From NCBI RefSeq assembly GCF_006345805.1, contig NW_021831284.1:620001-684000 (forward strand): a stretch of 64,000 nucleotides of DNA, given 5' to 3'. This document shows, in pieces, positions 1 to 12,600 of this stretch. The DNA is from Octopus sinensis. Lineage: Eukaryota. The position numbers were made by a program, and so were the translations under genes. Positions within the stretch are counted from its first letter, which is position 1, and each line of letters starts with the position of its first letter. The notes under the pieces are model-generated. The model had not been told where the DNA came from and did not search any database. It saw nothing but the letters and a program-made list of their open reading frames with translations.

Positions 1-607
1 AAAATTTCGTCAGGATTTAAACCCATCAAATCTGATAGAATCACTGATATAGATGGTTTGATGAGATTTTCACCAGAAACGTGGGAACTCTCATTTTTGG
101 CAATAATCATTGCAATTTTATAGGATGCAATTAGTTCTCCTATATATAATTTTAAACAATAACAACTATTGTTTCTTTCATTGCTATTTGTAAAAACAGT
201 GTCAATCGTTTTTTATTTACGAAGTAAATACTTTAGTTCTTCGAAGTACTCTAATTGTCTATCCTTTTTATCCGAATGTTTTCTTCTAAGATGATCCAAC
301 AATTTTGACGGTTTCATTGCACAGCTAGCAGTATGGTCTATTATCAAAGGAATTTTTTATAAATCCAAATGCCAAATATTCATTTTTATATTGACGACTT
401 TTTAATGTAGAACGATTCATACAAAAACAAAAACTAGCATGGTAATTTTAAAAATTTTAAAAAAACAAAGGTTTACCACTTTAAAAATAAACTAACTTAA
501 TTTAAAATGAAAAAATTATTAAATTTACTTTCGACCCCCAAGTATTTCATTTTCGACCCCTTACGATCAATCTGGGCTGATTTTCGACCCCAGGTTGAGA
601 ACCGCTG
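1..607 (-). mobile_element. hAT (Buster/Charlie-type) transposon 5' end with degraded transposase N-terminus
   Basis: Minus-strand TIR CAGCGGTTCTCAACCTGGGG ends at 607. Translation AMKPSKLLDHLRRKH...ASYKIAMIIAKNESSHVSGENLIKP matches ZBED5/Charlie-type transposase motifs. Homologous to the copy at 9501. Confidence 0.8.
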
Positions 608-615
608 ATTTAGAG

Positions 616-854
616 CATGTTTCTCAAAATGGGTGCCCCGGGACCTTGAAAGAATTGTTAAAAACTTTAAATAATTTTTGTAATAGTAAAAAAATTAAAT
701 TATTCACATTAATTTTTCGAAAAGAGTTCTTTTTGTTGATATTTTTAAGGTAAAAACTTTCTAAAAATATATTTTTAAAATATTATGTATTGATGCCGAG
801 GATAAAGTCAATATTTTTAGGGGTGTCGCGAAAGGAAAAAATTGGGAAACCCTG
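616..854. mobile_element. hAT-type MITE
   Basis: Imperfect TIRs CATGTTTCTCAAAAT and TTGGGAAACCCTG, non-coding interior, no matching TSD. Confidence 0.55.
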
Positions 855-999
855 TCTATAGCAATCTTGCGAAGTAGCTCGTTTGCTATCCGCTGTGCTG
901 CCACTGACAAATCCTAATCCTAACTTTCTTTTGTCTGTTTAAATAATTAGAATATATTCAGTCCAATATGTTACCACCAATAGTTTTTTTGAAATCCGA

Positions 1000-1325
1000 G
1001 TTGACACAATCCTTCAGATGGATAATGCTATCCCAAATAACAAACGCAATATTTTTATTCAAGACAAATTGATCGACACAATTACACTTATCCAGAATAG
1101 ATCACTTCAAAAAATTGTTCCAAACAGGTCGAAGTGAAAAAATTTCACAAATACGACTTGCTGACAAATGAACTGAAAACAATCCCTTGGGGGAAGTAAA
1201 AATCGTCCCTGTCGTGATGACCTAGGACGGAATTGTGTCAAAATTCTTCAAGAATTATCTGGGTTGAGAACAGGGTGAAGGCATATATCCAGACATTGGT
1301 GTTGCAGAAAGCCTTAGAGAGCATT
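1000..1325 (+). mobile_element. R2/NeSL-type (REL endonuclease) non-LTR retroelement 3' fragment
   Basis: KFHKYDLLTNEL, KIVPVVMT*DGIVSKF and KAYIQTLVLQKALES are homologous to ORF 44642..45169. Confidence 0.75.
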
Positions 1326-1599
1326 TAATCAGAAACGAGTTATCGATGCATGAATCTAGACTGCGCATTCACATGAATCTGCCCATCAGTGCTCTGAACA
1401 AAATAAATTATTTTAATCTGATCGTTCTGAGAATTTATTTGAAAATTCAAATCGCATTAATTACGTTTTAAAGCATTTTAAAATAAGATTTTTGGTCTAT
1501 TTAAAAAAATATGACCCTAAAAAAGGTTTATAAGAATTTCATGTTTATTAAGAATCAATTGGTCTTTCAAACACAAATAAGACATTAAAAAATTTTGTT

Positions 1600-2000
1600 G
1601 ATAATTATAAGAAGTGTAACTGAAGATGTGGCCAGACATCAGATTTTGCTTTATAAATCATAAGCGACAAAGCGCAAAATCATATTCATGTGTAAATCGT
1701 GACTTGTTGACGAACTAAATTGTGCATTCGATGGGTCGACAGAATATCGGTGAATGAACAGCACTAACATGTATATGGGAACCACGAATTCAGTTTTATT
1801 TATTCGCCCGTCTTAGTCTTTGTCGGCAGTCTTCCAAATAAAGCCCAACAAATTTTTGGACAATTTGGATTTTGTTAAAAACAATTTGGATTTTTTAGTG
1901 TTCAATTACATACTCATAACCGGATATAGACACGTAATCTGCCCGCAGTATCTCAAAGTAGTAAGTGTAGTACTCGACCTGTTCCTTGCTTATATTTCAA
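1600..2000 (+). mobile_element. Degraded hAT transposase fragment (tentative)
   Basis: CAFDGST...LFIR resembles the hAT ALDESTD...QLLIFIR catalytic segment. Many stops. Confidence 0.35.
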
Positions 2001-2624
2001 GAATTCATTATGTATATTAAAATTTTGTATTTTTTAGAGATTTAATAAAATAAGATGTTTTCGCTCATTTTTATGTCACTCCTCAGGAGTCTGTTCAGTG
2101 ATAAATATGCACGTATCAAAATATATGGTCAAGTATCCAGCCAAGAGCGATAAACAGCGAGTCAGAAATAAAACATGAATTCATGTCGTGGTAGAATGAG
2201 ACCAAATATCACTTCAGATAGAACACGTCGACATAACATATGATGATTTTCCAATCTGTGTATTTTTAGTCGACATATATAAATAGTTAAGGGGTCAAAT
2301 GAAGCGTCAGTTAGAACAAGTGGACTGTCAAATGGAAAACCTTTTCGATGTAAGCGCCTACATTTAGAATGAGTTGCAAGTCAGTGTTAAGTAGAATCGG
2401 AAGTGAGAGTAAATTTCTCACTATTTTCCTGCCCCATCGTCCATACGGAACTGGGGGGACATTCCCTTGTGCCAATTGGAGTCGTGCTGCAAGTGCTCGT
2501 GTGGATATGGTTGATGTGGTACAGGGAGGCTTGACAATGTGAACAGTTTTGTCTGTACAACACGTGCGAGAGTTGTAAAAAAATTAAATTGTCACCGGTT
2601 TTTGAGAAACCGGTGACATAGTAT

Positions 2625-2878
2625 GTCACAGGTAAGAGACGGAATTTTTCAAATTTTTTTTAAATTTAAAATTGTATACTAAAATATTTATTAAAACACT
2701 CAAATATACATTTTTTGCTCAACTTTATTTCACTTTTTCCCCAAGTGAAAAACTGACCCTAACCCTAACCGTAACCTTAACCGTAACCCTAACCCTAAAT
2801 GATTTTCCAATGAAAATTAAATCAAAAAATTATTGTTTATTAAAAATTCCGCCTCCAGGTTCCGCCTCTTACCTGTCA
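2625..2878. mobile_element. MITE with internal telomere-like (CCCTAA)n tract
   Basis: TIRs ACAGGTAAGAGACGGAA and TTCCGCCTCTTACCTGT. 8-bp direct repeat CATAGTAT at 2617-2624 and 2879-2886. Seven CCCTAA/CCGTAA/CCTTAA units at 2757-2798. Confidence 0.75.
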
Positions 2879-3601
2879 CATAGTATATCTATATAATTAT
2901 TGAAGCACCCTGCGACAACTCCATTTCAAGCCCTAACAAATAAGATAATCTTTACTTGAAAATCATAGAGAAGCGAAAGTTTATTTTCAAGAAGATCATA
3001 ATTATGACATTCCTAACTTTAATTCGCGTTAGACGATTGTGAGGTTTAACTAGTAGTCTCCTGTCATTAATTTATGAATTAGATGCTACTTCAAGATTGT
3101 TATTGCTTAGAAACTAAATTCTTTTTGTGGCTAATTAGCGGTTGAACAACATTCTATTATTCCTTGTATTTTTTTACATAATATACTTTATTGTTCTGTA
3201 AATGTTCAATCTGAACAATTGACATAATTTAGGTTAGCATATTTCTTTGCTATTATCAAGTCCGACAAAATGATATCTAATATCTTCCTGTCTAACCATA
3301 TTTAATCAAATTTATCAAATTTATTCATGCTTTTTAACCAAATTTTTTAATGGAAACAAATTGACAATCACTTAAATGAAGGATTATAGTATAGATGTCA
3401 ATAATTTTTAATTGAAGGATTCTAAAATCTTCGGCTTAAAAATAGAATTATATGTCGTAAATCAGATTAAGCAACATTGATTGGATAAAATAAAATTATT
3501 TTCATGATTTATTTGTCAAAAGTTTCCTTATAATCATTAAAATCAAAATTTTTTAAAGAATATAATTAAATTTTGACGAAATAATAATATGATTATAGAT
3601 T

Positions 3602-5013
3602 CTATTCTTGAATATAAAAAGTCTTAAGCTTTTTGTTAACTTCGTCACCATTACTTATCTCCAAAAATTCGTTGTATGGAACCACGCTGATATTATCCGC
3701 AATATCTGTCACTCGAAAGCACTTTTGATTTCTTTTCATAGATTTTATTAATATGTTCTAATTGAAATTAAAACAATATGACTTTACATCGTTAATCTTA
3801 TCACCAGAGTTGTAAAGTTGGTTATATGTATAAAAATGTTCTATCTTCATTCTCTTTGTGTTCAGAACAGTTTCATATAAGGACAAAATCCTGCAAAATA
3901 GATAGTTTCGAGATCTATTTCCCGATTTATGCAATCTTACATACGAACCAACCTGGAATATTATTTAAAATTGTTATGTCTACAGAATATATTTTAGATT
4001 TATGTTGTAGTTTTTGATAATATTTTTTCTTCGCACGACCCCGCATCCCTTTTGTGATACTACTTTCACCGACCCAGCTCCATTCATGACTAGTATCTAA
4101 TAGCTTTTTATTTGCATTGAGATGCCTTCATATATATTGTTAAATTCGGAATGCCTGCTATCTTCTGGTTTTATAGGATTGGTAGTAATATTAAAAGGAA
4201 TTTCCGAGGAATTAAATATTGAGGTGTTCAGTAAATCTAAATTGTAAACTTGTAACTTACTATGATTATCAGTTTGTGGAATCATCTGTGGCAGATTTGT
4301 TAAAGGGTAATTTTGGTTTTGAGTTTTAATATTGTGTATACACATGTCCAAATGATACAATACTAGTAGATAGTATTTTTTAAAAATACTTTCATTATTC
4401 AAAATAGAGCTCAGGTACTGCGATATCGGAAATTGTAGATATTGCATCATCTGACTCATATTTTGGAGGTGAAAATGGGTGAATACAGGGTTTTGGTAAA
4501 GTAATTGACAATTCATTTGGTTATAAGCTTATTTTGATTAAACTACTTATTAATCAAAATTTACAGATTGACGTATTGGGCTGATTTACTTTCGATATAT
4601 TTTCAAAAATGTTTTCAGATAGACAGTATTGTGAATTTTCGGTATTATTACCTTTAGCTTTATACACCAAATTAAATGATTTAGTTGTTGTATTAAAAAA
4701 CAACAATTTGCGGTTAATTTCTTTATTTTATATTTAACTGACTAGTTTATATAGTACCTTGTAGTGATGATGACGAGTAATTATTCCAAAACGACGAAAG
4801 CATTTGATATTGCTAATAAATATATTAGTTTGGATGAAAATTTAAAAACCATTTGATTGACTAGATTTTGTTCAAGTCCAGGCCACATTTGAGGCAGTTC
4901 ATTATTTACTAAATAATCAGCGTTAGTTGAATTTTACTATTATCATTTTCTTGCTCATTTGAGGAGTTATTTGAATTATCTTTATTATTGAACCAATTTC
5001 TATTAGATTCCAT
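3602..5013 (-). CDS. Multi-exon BAH-domain protein (BAHCC1/TNRC18-like C-terminus)
   Basis: Spliced EWSWVGESSITKGMRGRAKKKYYQKL...YLFCRILSLYE...MKIEHFYTY...CFRVTDIADNISVVPYNEF aligns with the recalled BAHCC1/TNRC18 BAH domain (WKWSG...GMKGKARKLFY...PYIGRIESMWE...VKWFYHP). Start (MESNRNW) and upstream exons are less certain. Confidence 0.7.
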
Positions 5014-7608
5014 TGAGAAATTAAAAATAAAACGATAATCTAATTTATATAAACCTCAAACTGCGCTCGAAACATTAAATATTTGGTATTCAAATTTCTT
5101 TTATTTTGACCTCGAGCAGTTAAATATAGTCAGCGAAAATCATTCCAATGTCAATGAATGTGGATTCTTTTTATCTCTACAATCAATATAAAATTATATT
5201 CCTTTATTAATCAAAATCTAATTTTTAGTTTTTGATTATAATTAAACAATCTTTTTTCCTTTAATGAAAACCACAAAAAATCCTTTTAAAATTAGATGAT
5301 GGTTGATTTCATTTGATAAATTATTTATGTGTTTATTAATTTTCTGCTGAAATATTTTTGTATAATCAAAGTAGATAGATTAACTTCATAATCCTAAATT
5401 AAAAAATTGATAGCGTATAATTTTTAACTATTCGATTTTGGCTAAATCTATTTTATTTCCTGAATTTTTCAAAGTCCAAAGACTATTAAAAAACTTAGTC
5501 AACCATGAAGTTTGTAAATAAGTATTTTTGGCTTAAATTTCCAATATCAATCAGATATTTTTACTTTGAAATTTGACATTGAATATGTTAAAAATATTTG
5601 TCAAGTTGATAGAATTTATTTTTATCTTTACCGCAAAAAACGAATTGCTTTTTATCGTTATGTTATTTAATTTCTTTGATTTATCTATAAAAACATTTTT
5701 ATTTATCAAATTTCTGTTTGAGTAGATTATAAAAAATGTGATCTGATAAAACATCTTTTAGAAACATAATCGATCAGAAAATTGTGATATAAAGGTTGCA
5801 TAGATCTGATTATATAATTTTTTTGCATTTGGTCAGTATGTCTTATAGAAAAAGTTAAACGGACAGTCAAGGGATATGTTAATTGTTTAAAAATAATTTT
5901 TATGTACTTTTAATAATTTTTAAAATTAAATCAGGATAGGAAAATTATAAATTTTAAACAATTGTATCGCAAATATGCTTTTACTTTGTTTTTAAGAATT
6001 TTATTGTGGTCATAATAATACAATAAACCATATGTAGTTGGATTAATTTTCATTTTATGGTTTGTTCATATCTTCTATGATTTCTAATTATTCTAATAAT
6101 ATTGGATTTATCCATTTTTAATGTTCATTTTTAAACAAATTTCTACATTAAATTATCTTTTAGGAATAATAGTAATCTGCAGATGTCAATTTGTGCCTGA
6201 AAATTGTCAATCTTTGAAGAAAAATGATGATATTCAGTAAAATTCTCAAGAAAAATTCAAGGTTGTTTTCCAGCATGTTTATAAATATGAAATCTTTTTT
6301 GCCTATTTATATTTTATTATTCTTATCATAATAATGTGATACTCTGATTAATAATGTGGAAACAGAAAATATAATTCATATTAATTATGAGATAACGCTG
6401 CCAACATAAAAATTGATTTACGATTGGGCAAAGGATGACAAATAAAATTCTTTGGAATAGCCAGATAGTTTTGTGACGGTACTTAATTATGATTTCATTG
6501 AAGTTTTTTGCGACTTTGGTTCAGAATTGCCGTTAATTGTCTATTAGGCTAGTCTAAATGTTCAAAAACCAGAAATTGTTTTTGTAATATTCATAATGGT
6601 TGTTCAAAAATATCAAAATCAGACTTCTATTCTCTAAGAAGAAAAACGATCTACGAGAAAAAGAGAGAAACAATCCTTTTGGTAACAAATTATTAAAATG
6701 CGACAAAATAAATTCTTCTATTTGTCAAAGAGTTTAATTTTGTTAATGTTTTAACAAGAGTCTAATGGTTTCAAATTAATCCGGGAAACAGAAACTGTTC
6801 TGATAAGATTATAATCGCTTCCTGGTCTGATTAAAATTTTTTATCTGTGGCATTAACTTATTTTAAACTTTTTCTAGAGCAAACCTTATGACTTCCTTTT
6901 GGTGTCTAGGATTACCTCCTTTAAAGGGCAATAATAAAGGCCTCATTGACCGCTTTCGTTTGGTAACGTTTCAGTTAAGGCTTCCTATGCGATGACTGCC
7001 TGGATCACTATTTTCGCAAGAAAGAACGATTTTCTCATTTCAAGAAAAATATAATTAGAAATTCTTAAAAATTCTGGACATCTGTAAAAAGAGTTTTGTA
7101 TCAATACCAAAAACATTACTCATAGCCTTAAGCCCTAACTCTTGTTGAAATAGAAATATTCTAGTGACTTAATAAACCAATACAAATAAGACTATTTTAT
7201 TGAATTAGACTAAAATCAAGCCACTCTAAACCAATTGTCAGGTATAAAGGGAGTCGGTATACCAAACAAGTCATTAATTTACTTATAACGGAAAAGTGAA
7301 ACAGAAGAATTAATAGAAATTTGTCAATAAGAATCAACACATATTTAGCTTCAATTCAGCAATCGCTTTATTATTATAGAGCAAGCTCTTTATTATTATG
7401 CGGAATCGCTTTATTGTTCAGATAGATCAGTCTGCTGACGGGATCAAATAATTCAAAGTCTTGAGTCTTTGCGGAGATATCATCTTTTAGCGTTTTGATT
7501 TTCTGTCGAGCTGTTCGCAATTCAAGGTTGAAAACGATTAATAGTATTAGATAAGGATTGATGTCAAAAGGCCGATTTATAATAAAAGAAAATTCAAGTT
7601 GGGACCAC

Positions 7609-7735
7609 AAAATACAACCGGTTTTCGGAATAGAAGAAATTCGGTAGATCGAAAATCATCGGGACCAAAAGTTTATTTCGGTTTTGAGAGAATTCCAGTA
7701 TACCGAAGAGTTAGTTTAGACGGTTTGACTGTATT
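7609..7735. mobile_element. Tc1/pogo-type MITE remnant
   Basis: One recognisable end CGGTTTGACTG followed by TA. The other end is degenerate. Confidence 0.35.
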
Positions 7736-7779
7736 ATAAAATAATACAATGTTGCCTTCTTGTCTTCAAGACCTGCATA

Positions 7780-9190
7780 ACTCAAATGAGACACCAAGAT
7801 GGGACTAGCAGCTCTTTGCCGGGTTGCTCCTAAAGGATCTCAGGGGAATGAACATCAAACTTTCAGCGCACAGGGAGAAGACCAGGACAGCAGAAAAAGT
7901 GATCAGTTGAGTCGTCGTCAACACAGCAAAAATTGCAAAAACGAGTCGTTCATTTTTGTGTGCATAGTGGTTTAATAAATGATAATGGGCATGACAAAAC
8001 CAGCAAGATTAATCTGAGCGGAACGGTCAATTAGAATTTTGGAGAGATGATCATCCGGTGGAAGTTTATTGAGGACGGATTTAGGCGTCAACCTTAGAAT
8101 TGTTGACGTTAAAATAAAATCGTGAATTCCTCTCATTGAATTTGAACATAGGTTCAGGCCATTGATTTTAGCAGTATTGTTTTGCAGGCGTAATTTTCAA
8201 AGAACGGCCATTGTAATTTATCACATTTAGAGTGGTACAAAGATGGTAAGATTTACGCAAAGCAGATAGGAATTGTGCTCCTCTCATATTTAGATGTTCT
8301 TCTATTGGAAGAAGATTAGTTTCACAGTGCAGGTGGTCGATGGGTGTTGATTTCAGGCACCCGGATATAATACACATAGCCTTGTTTTGTACTGATTGGA
8401 ATCCCACAGATAGGCAGAGAGCCCAGCTCGAACTCGCGTAACTTAGTACGAGACGGATTTATTGTTTGGAGACTTGTTTGAGAAGTGGTTTCTGATCACT
8501 TGTTTGTTTTTTCCGGAATGTTCAAGACATGTTAGTTGAAAGATAGTTAAATCAAAGATAAGTCCGAGGACAGTGTGGTGTTTCGTTAGCGGAAGGTCAA
8601 ATCAAAGAGAGATGGCTTGGAATGCACGTTTGATTGTCTTCTGTCGGAAGAGAATAGGGTGACCAAGGACATTGAGGACGAAGGCATGAGCCTGTTTTCA
8701 ATGACCCAATTCTCAACGGAGTATAGCTTTTGCTGAATTTTAAAGTAGATGGCTGTGTAGTATTCGTGTTTTGAAGCAATAGTATTTTTATCTGCATAAG
8801 ACAGTGTCGACTTGTTTGTTTCATTGGACGGAAAATCATAAAAATAAGAGTTGAACAAGGTTAGAGACAGCACGGAACCTTGCGGTACCCCATTTGGAAG
8901 ATAAAGTTGTTTAGAAAAATGGTCCATAAGGAAGTCGTAACCCATGCGACCCGATAGAAGATTTGCAAATCAAGATTTTTAGTTTGAGTTTAGGTCGGTC
9001 TTCAGAATTTTGTTGATGAGTCCCCATCTAGGGACGCTGTGAAAAGCCTTCTCATTAAAGTCGTCCACGACAAATAGCGAAAGCGTTGTTAAGACTTTTA
9101 GTGTAATTGATAAGCGTGCATCGGGGGACGGATTTCCTGCAAGGCTTGCGACTATTCTAAAGGATCTTTTTTCTGTCAATCAATTCACTA
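7780..9190 (-). mobile_element. Degraded I/jockey-group LINE (RT region)
   Basis: DF.KAFHSVP, GVPQGSVLSLTLFNSY, YADK and CLKSTPIDHLHCETNLLP. Related to the LINE at 15170-16530. Multiple frameshifts. Confidence 0.85.
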
Positions 9191-9500
9191 GCGTGTCTGA
9201 ATTAGTTTTAATTTTGTTATTTTACTTGTTTTAGAATAATTTTATTAAAAAAAATATTGAATGACTGTAATTATAACATTTTATTAATAATTATCAAGTT
9301 ATTTTTTTACCATCCCGAGTAATCGAATGCTAATTCTCGACATGTGATTCAAATATTAGAGATAATATCAAAAAAAAATTAAGCGATCCAAATAAAGAAG
9401 CCTGTCGTGTATAAATATGTTTTATTAGTGCAAAAGTTCAAAGAGCTTTTTATTTTTCAAAAACAACAAATGCCGGTGTAAAACTGTCCATGTTCTAAAA

Positions 9501-10159
9501 CAGCGGTTCTCAGCCTGGGGTCGAAAATAAATTTAATAATTTAAATTTTTTCATTTTAAATTAAGTTAGTTTATTTTTATAGCGTTCGATGCTCACATGT
9601 GCTTTTCTCCACACGTGGACAACGTCTTAACAAAAGGCGAAAGGAAGATCAACGTATTGAAGTGTCTCTCTGGACTTTGGAAGTTTGGAAAGCACCCAGT
9701 ACTTGGATGCTATGCAACCAGAAACATTCGGATAAAAAATAGACCATTTGAGTACCTTAAAGAATTAAAGGATTCTCTTTGTAAACAAAAAAAAGATTGA
9801 CATTGTTTTTACAAAAAAATTAAGAAATCGAATTGTAAATAAAAAAAACGAAACAGATTGGATGTTTCTATCAAAAAAGATATTAGTTTAAAAATAACAC
9901 AGAACCAGATATCGAATCTTTAGTCAAAAATATCAGTCATAGGGGTCCCATTATTATTTAATTGTGTTTTATTAGATTTATGCTAAGACACTAGCTTAAC
10001 AGCAAGTTTGTTTGTTTGATTTGATTATTAACAATGAATTCATTTTTGATATTTAGTTGACTAATTTTACTTAAAATTGTTTTTTCTATATAAAAAAAGT
10101 TTTAAGAGGATCGAAAAAAAATTAAGGGGGAGACAAGTAAAAAAAGTTAAGAACCCCTG
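9501..10159 (+). mobile_element. Internally deleted hAT (Buster-type) element
   Basis: TIRs CAGCGGTTCTCAGCC and GTTAAGAACCCCTG. TSD TTCTAAAA/CTCTAAAA (7/8). Interior homologous to 200-540. Confidence 0.8.
9585..9715 (+). mobile_element. I-group LINE fragment inside hAT element
   Basis: HMCFSPHVDNVLTKGERKINVLKCLSG matches DQCLSFTQHVKFISTKVKRKLNALCALSG of the 15224 ORF. Confidence 0.7.
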
Positions 10160-10521
10160 CTCTAAAATGTAGTTGTTTTATTTTTAAACCCGATAAAACA
10201 TTTTTTGATAAATTAAAACAGAATTCATTTAATAAACTCAATTTTTACGTCTAAAAAAGCACGATCCAGATATCTCTACTTAGAAAAAAATAATTCAATC
10301 CAAAGTTCAATTAGGTTTCTCGTGGGCTAATAATGTTTTTCATTGCATACAAAATAAACAAGCTTCTTTGGAATTTATAAGATAAAATGAAACTGGAATA
10401 AATCTGATAATGATGGATTTTAATGAAAATATTGGATGAACTAATTAAAAAAACTAATCTTTCGTAATTTAATCTATTGTATATTCTCAAATATTTTTAC
10501 CCAATTATTAGTACTCCTACT

Positions 10522-10720
10522 TATGGAAAAGTTCCAATTCCTCCCATTCGCAGTTGAGACTTCCGGTACCTTGGGCGGTAAGGCAATCAGCTTCGTTCAG
10601 GAGATCGGTCTGCCTTCACAGGCGACGCCTGCGAATCAAGATGGTTTTTCGAGCGGATATCCCTTGCGATAGTACGTACTAATTCTTTCTCGATCGCGTC
10701 GGCTTCCCGTCCATGAAGCT
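10522..10720 (+). mobile_element. CRE-clade non-LTR retroelement 3' fragment
   Basis: FLPFAVETSGTLGGKAISFVQEIG...WFFERISLAIVRTNSFSI, a typical CRE REL C-terminus. Confidence 0.75.
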
Positions 10721-11104
10721 TTCAACACTTGACCGAATTCTTTTTTCGTAATAAACTAATTGCAATAAAAAAATTTGATTCATAGTTTACTAGTGAAGAT
10801 GCATTTCGTGTAAATCAATAATAATAAATTTTCTATTTAATCAAATATTTTTCAATTTTATTATACTTGTTCAAAATTGTTAAATTTTTAGGTCCAACAT
10901 TGATTTCAATAGTTTATGGATTTCTTGATTCATCCTAAATTTGACAAATGTTATTTTTCAAGGTTTACTGAGTTTGATTTTGTTTTTTAGTTCAATGATT
11001 CATAAAATCATTAATTAGAAAATAATCACTATTAACAATTCATATCAGTTGAAAATATTATTATTGAGTACATTCCCAAGAAACAAGAAAACATAAAGAT
11101 TATT

Positions 11105-11250
11105 AAGACTCCCTTGTGTGGTGTTCCTTGGCATCCCCTCCGTTAGTCTCTGACAGCATTTTCTGTTGCGCGAAATTTCTCCAAGTTTGTTCAGGTCGTC
11201 ATCCTGGTTGTTTCATCAAGGCTACAACGAAACTTGAATATATTAAAGAA
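11105..11250 (-). mobile_element. RTE-like LINE 3' tail
   Basis: DDLNKLGEISRNRKCCQRL resembles the end of the RTE ORF at 47288. Similar to 17478-17600. Confidence 0.5.
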
Positions 11251-11374
11251 CTGGATCACTACTAACCGCTAATCAATTTGTCCAGAAAAGTCGAAGACCT
11301 CCTTCTTCACCTTGGATAAAAGACTTGAAAGAAATCAGTAACAAAATAACGAAATTCGGTTTTGCCGGCCTCAG

Positions 11375-11520
11375 AAGATCTTGGAAGTTACGTTCAATAC
11401 TCACATGTGCTTTTCACCTCACGTCGAAAATGTCTTAACGAAATGTAAAAGAGAAGACCAGGGTCTTAGAATGTCTCTCCGTTTTTGGAATTTTGGAAAA
11501 CACACCGTAAATGGGTGTTT
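11375..11520 (+). mobile_element. I-group LINE fragment
   Basis: THMCFSPHVENVLTK, paralogous to 9585-9715. Confidence 0.65.
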
Positions 11521-11809
11521 ATACAGCTACAGTACATCGTGCTTTGTTGCTTGTACGTATTTGCAATATGAGATAAATCAATTTCTTGGACCGACTAATT
11601 GAAGATCAAAGTGAGTCTGAAAAGAGGCTTTACACTCAGAGAGCCCTAGACTAGAGGGAACTAATGCAGTTGCGCGGGCTCAAGCGATCGGGCAAAGATG
11701 AGGACCCTCTTTAAGCGTTTCGGAATCACGTGACTTTATTTGTTCCGTTTCTCGTGTTCCATTTGAGGAATAATAAATAAATTAGCACTACGCAATGTCA
11801 TAGGTCATG

Positions 11810-12600
11810 ACTTATGACAAAGCATCTGGAGCACAGGTTCCCAAACAGCTTTTGCCATTTTGTTCTATTCTGTGCCTCGCCATGTCAAAATCCTCCCTAT
11901 CTTTAAGGCGCTTCTTAATGTTTTTGAAGTCATCGTCAAGGACAATCGGTAATCATGTTCTTGATCTGTCTCTGAAGCGTAATACATCTAGTGCAAAGTG
12001 ATCTTCCATGGTTGCGTTTGCGGGGGCATCCATGTCCATCCTGAACAAAAAGCCTCTATTTTGCTTCCAGAATCACCTCTGGAATTAAAGTGGTCCATGT
12101 TCTCTTGTAGAGAATTCCTGACGTCATCCTGGAATGAAGGACACGATTATTTGTAGCTAATTTCGGTGAAAAAACTTCATTATCCTGTTTTAAATAAGCA
12201 CGTGTTCCCGAGTTGTAGAGGAGTATGGGCTCCATCGGTGAATAGTAGAAACAAATCTTCATTTTTACGTCAAATCCTCTGCGTGCGAGACAGATCTTAC
12301 TCAGTTTGTGTAGTGCAGCGTAATTGGGAAGTGCCCAGTATTGTTGCAAACTTTCGTGACGATGCATCTTTAGTCATCACAGACAGGCTTGTCTCTATCA
12401 TTAGTGTCCTAACCATGCTGACCGTCGAAAAAATTCTCCAAAAACTTGTAGAAGTTTAGTTCCATCAATTGAATCAAATGCTATTGACATGTCAAAAATA
12501 ATCGTTGATATTCTGAGTTTTTGAACGATCACGCACTTCCATTTGTAGCTCCTTTGGGTTTGTTTGGTTTCTGAATAGGTATTAGGATTCTCTCCTAGTG
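11810..12600 (-). mobile_element. Degraded RTE-like LINE 3' part
   Basis: PILLYNSGT and RMDMDAPANATMEDHF match the C-terminal half of the RTE ORF 47288..48637. Confidence 0.75.

Noticed and set aside
2672-2896. ORF with TLTLTVTL repeat
   Set aside because: Translation artefact of the CCCTAA tract inside a MITE.
5200-7300. Possible multi-exon gene on either strand
   Set aside because: Several GT-AG micro-intron-like segments occur, but no consistent frame or family could be assembled. Left uncalled.
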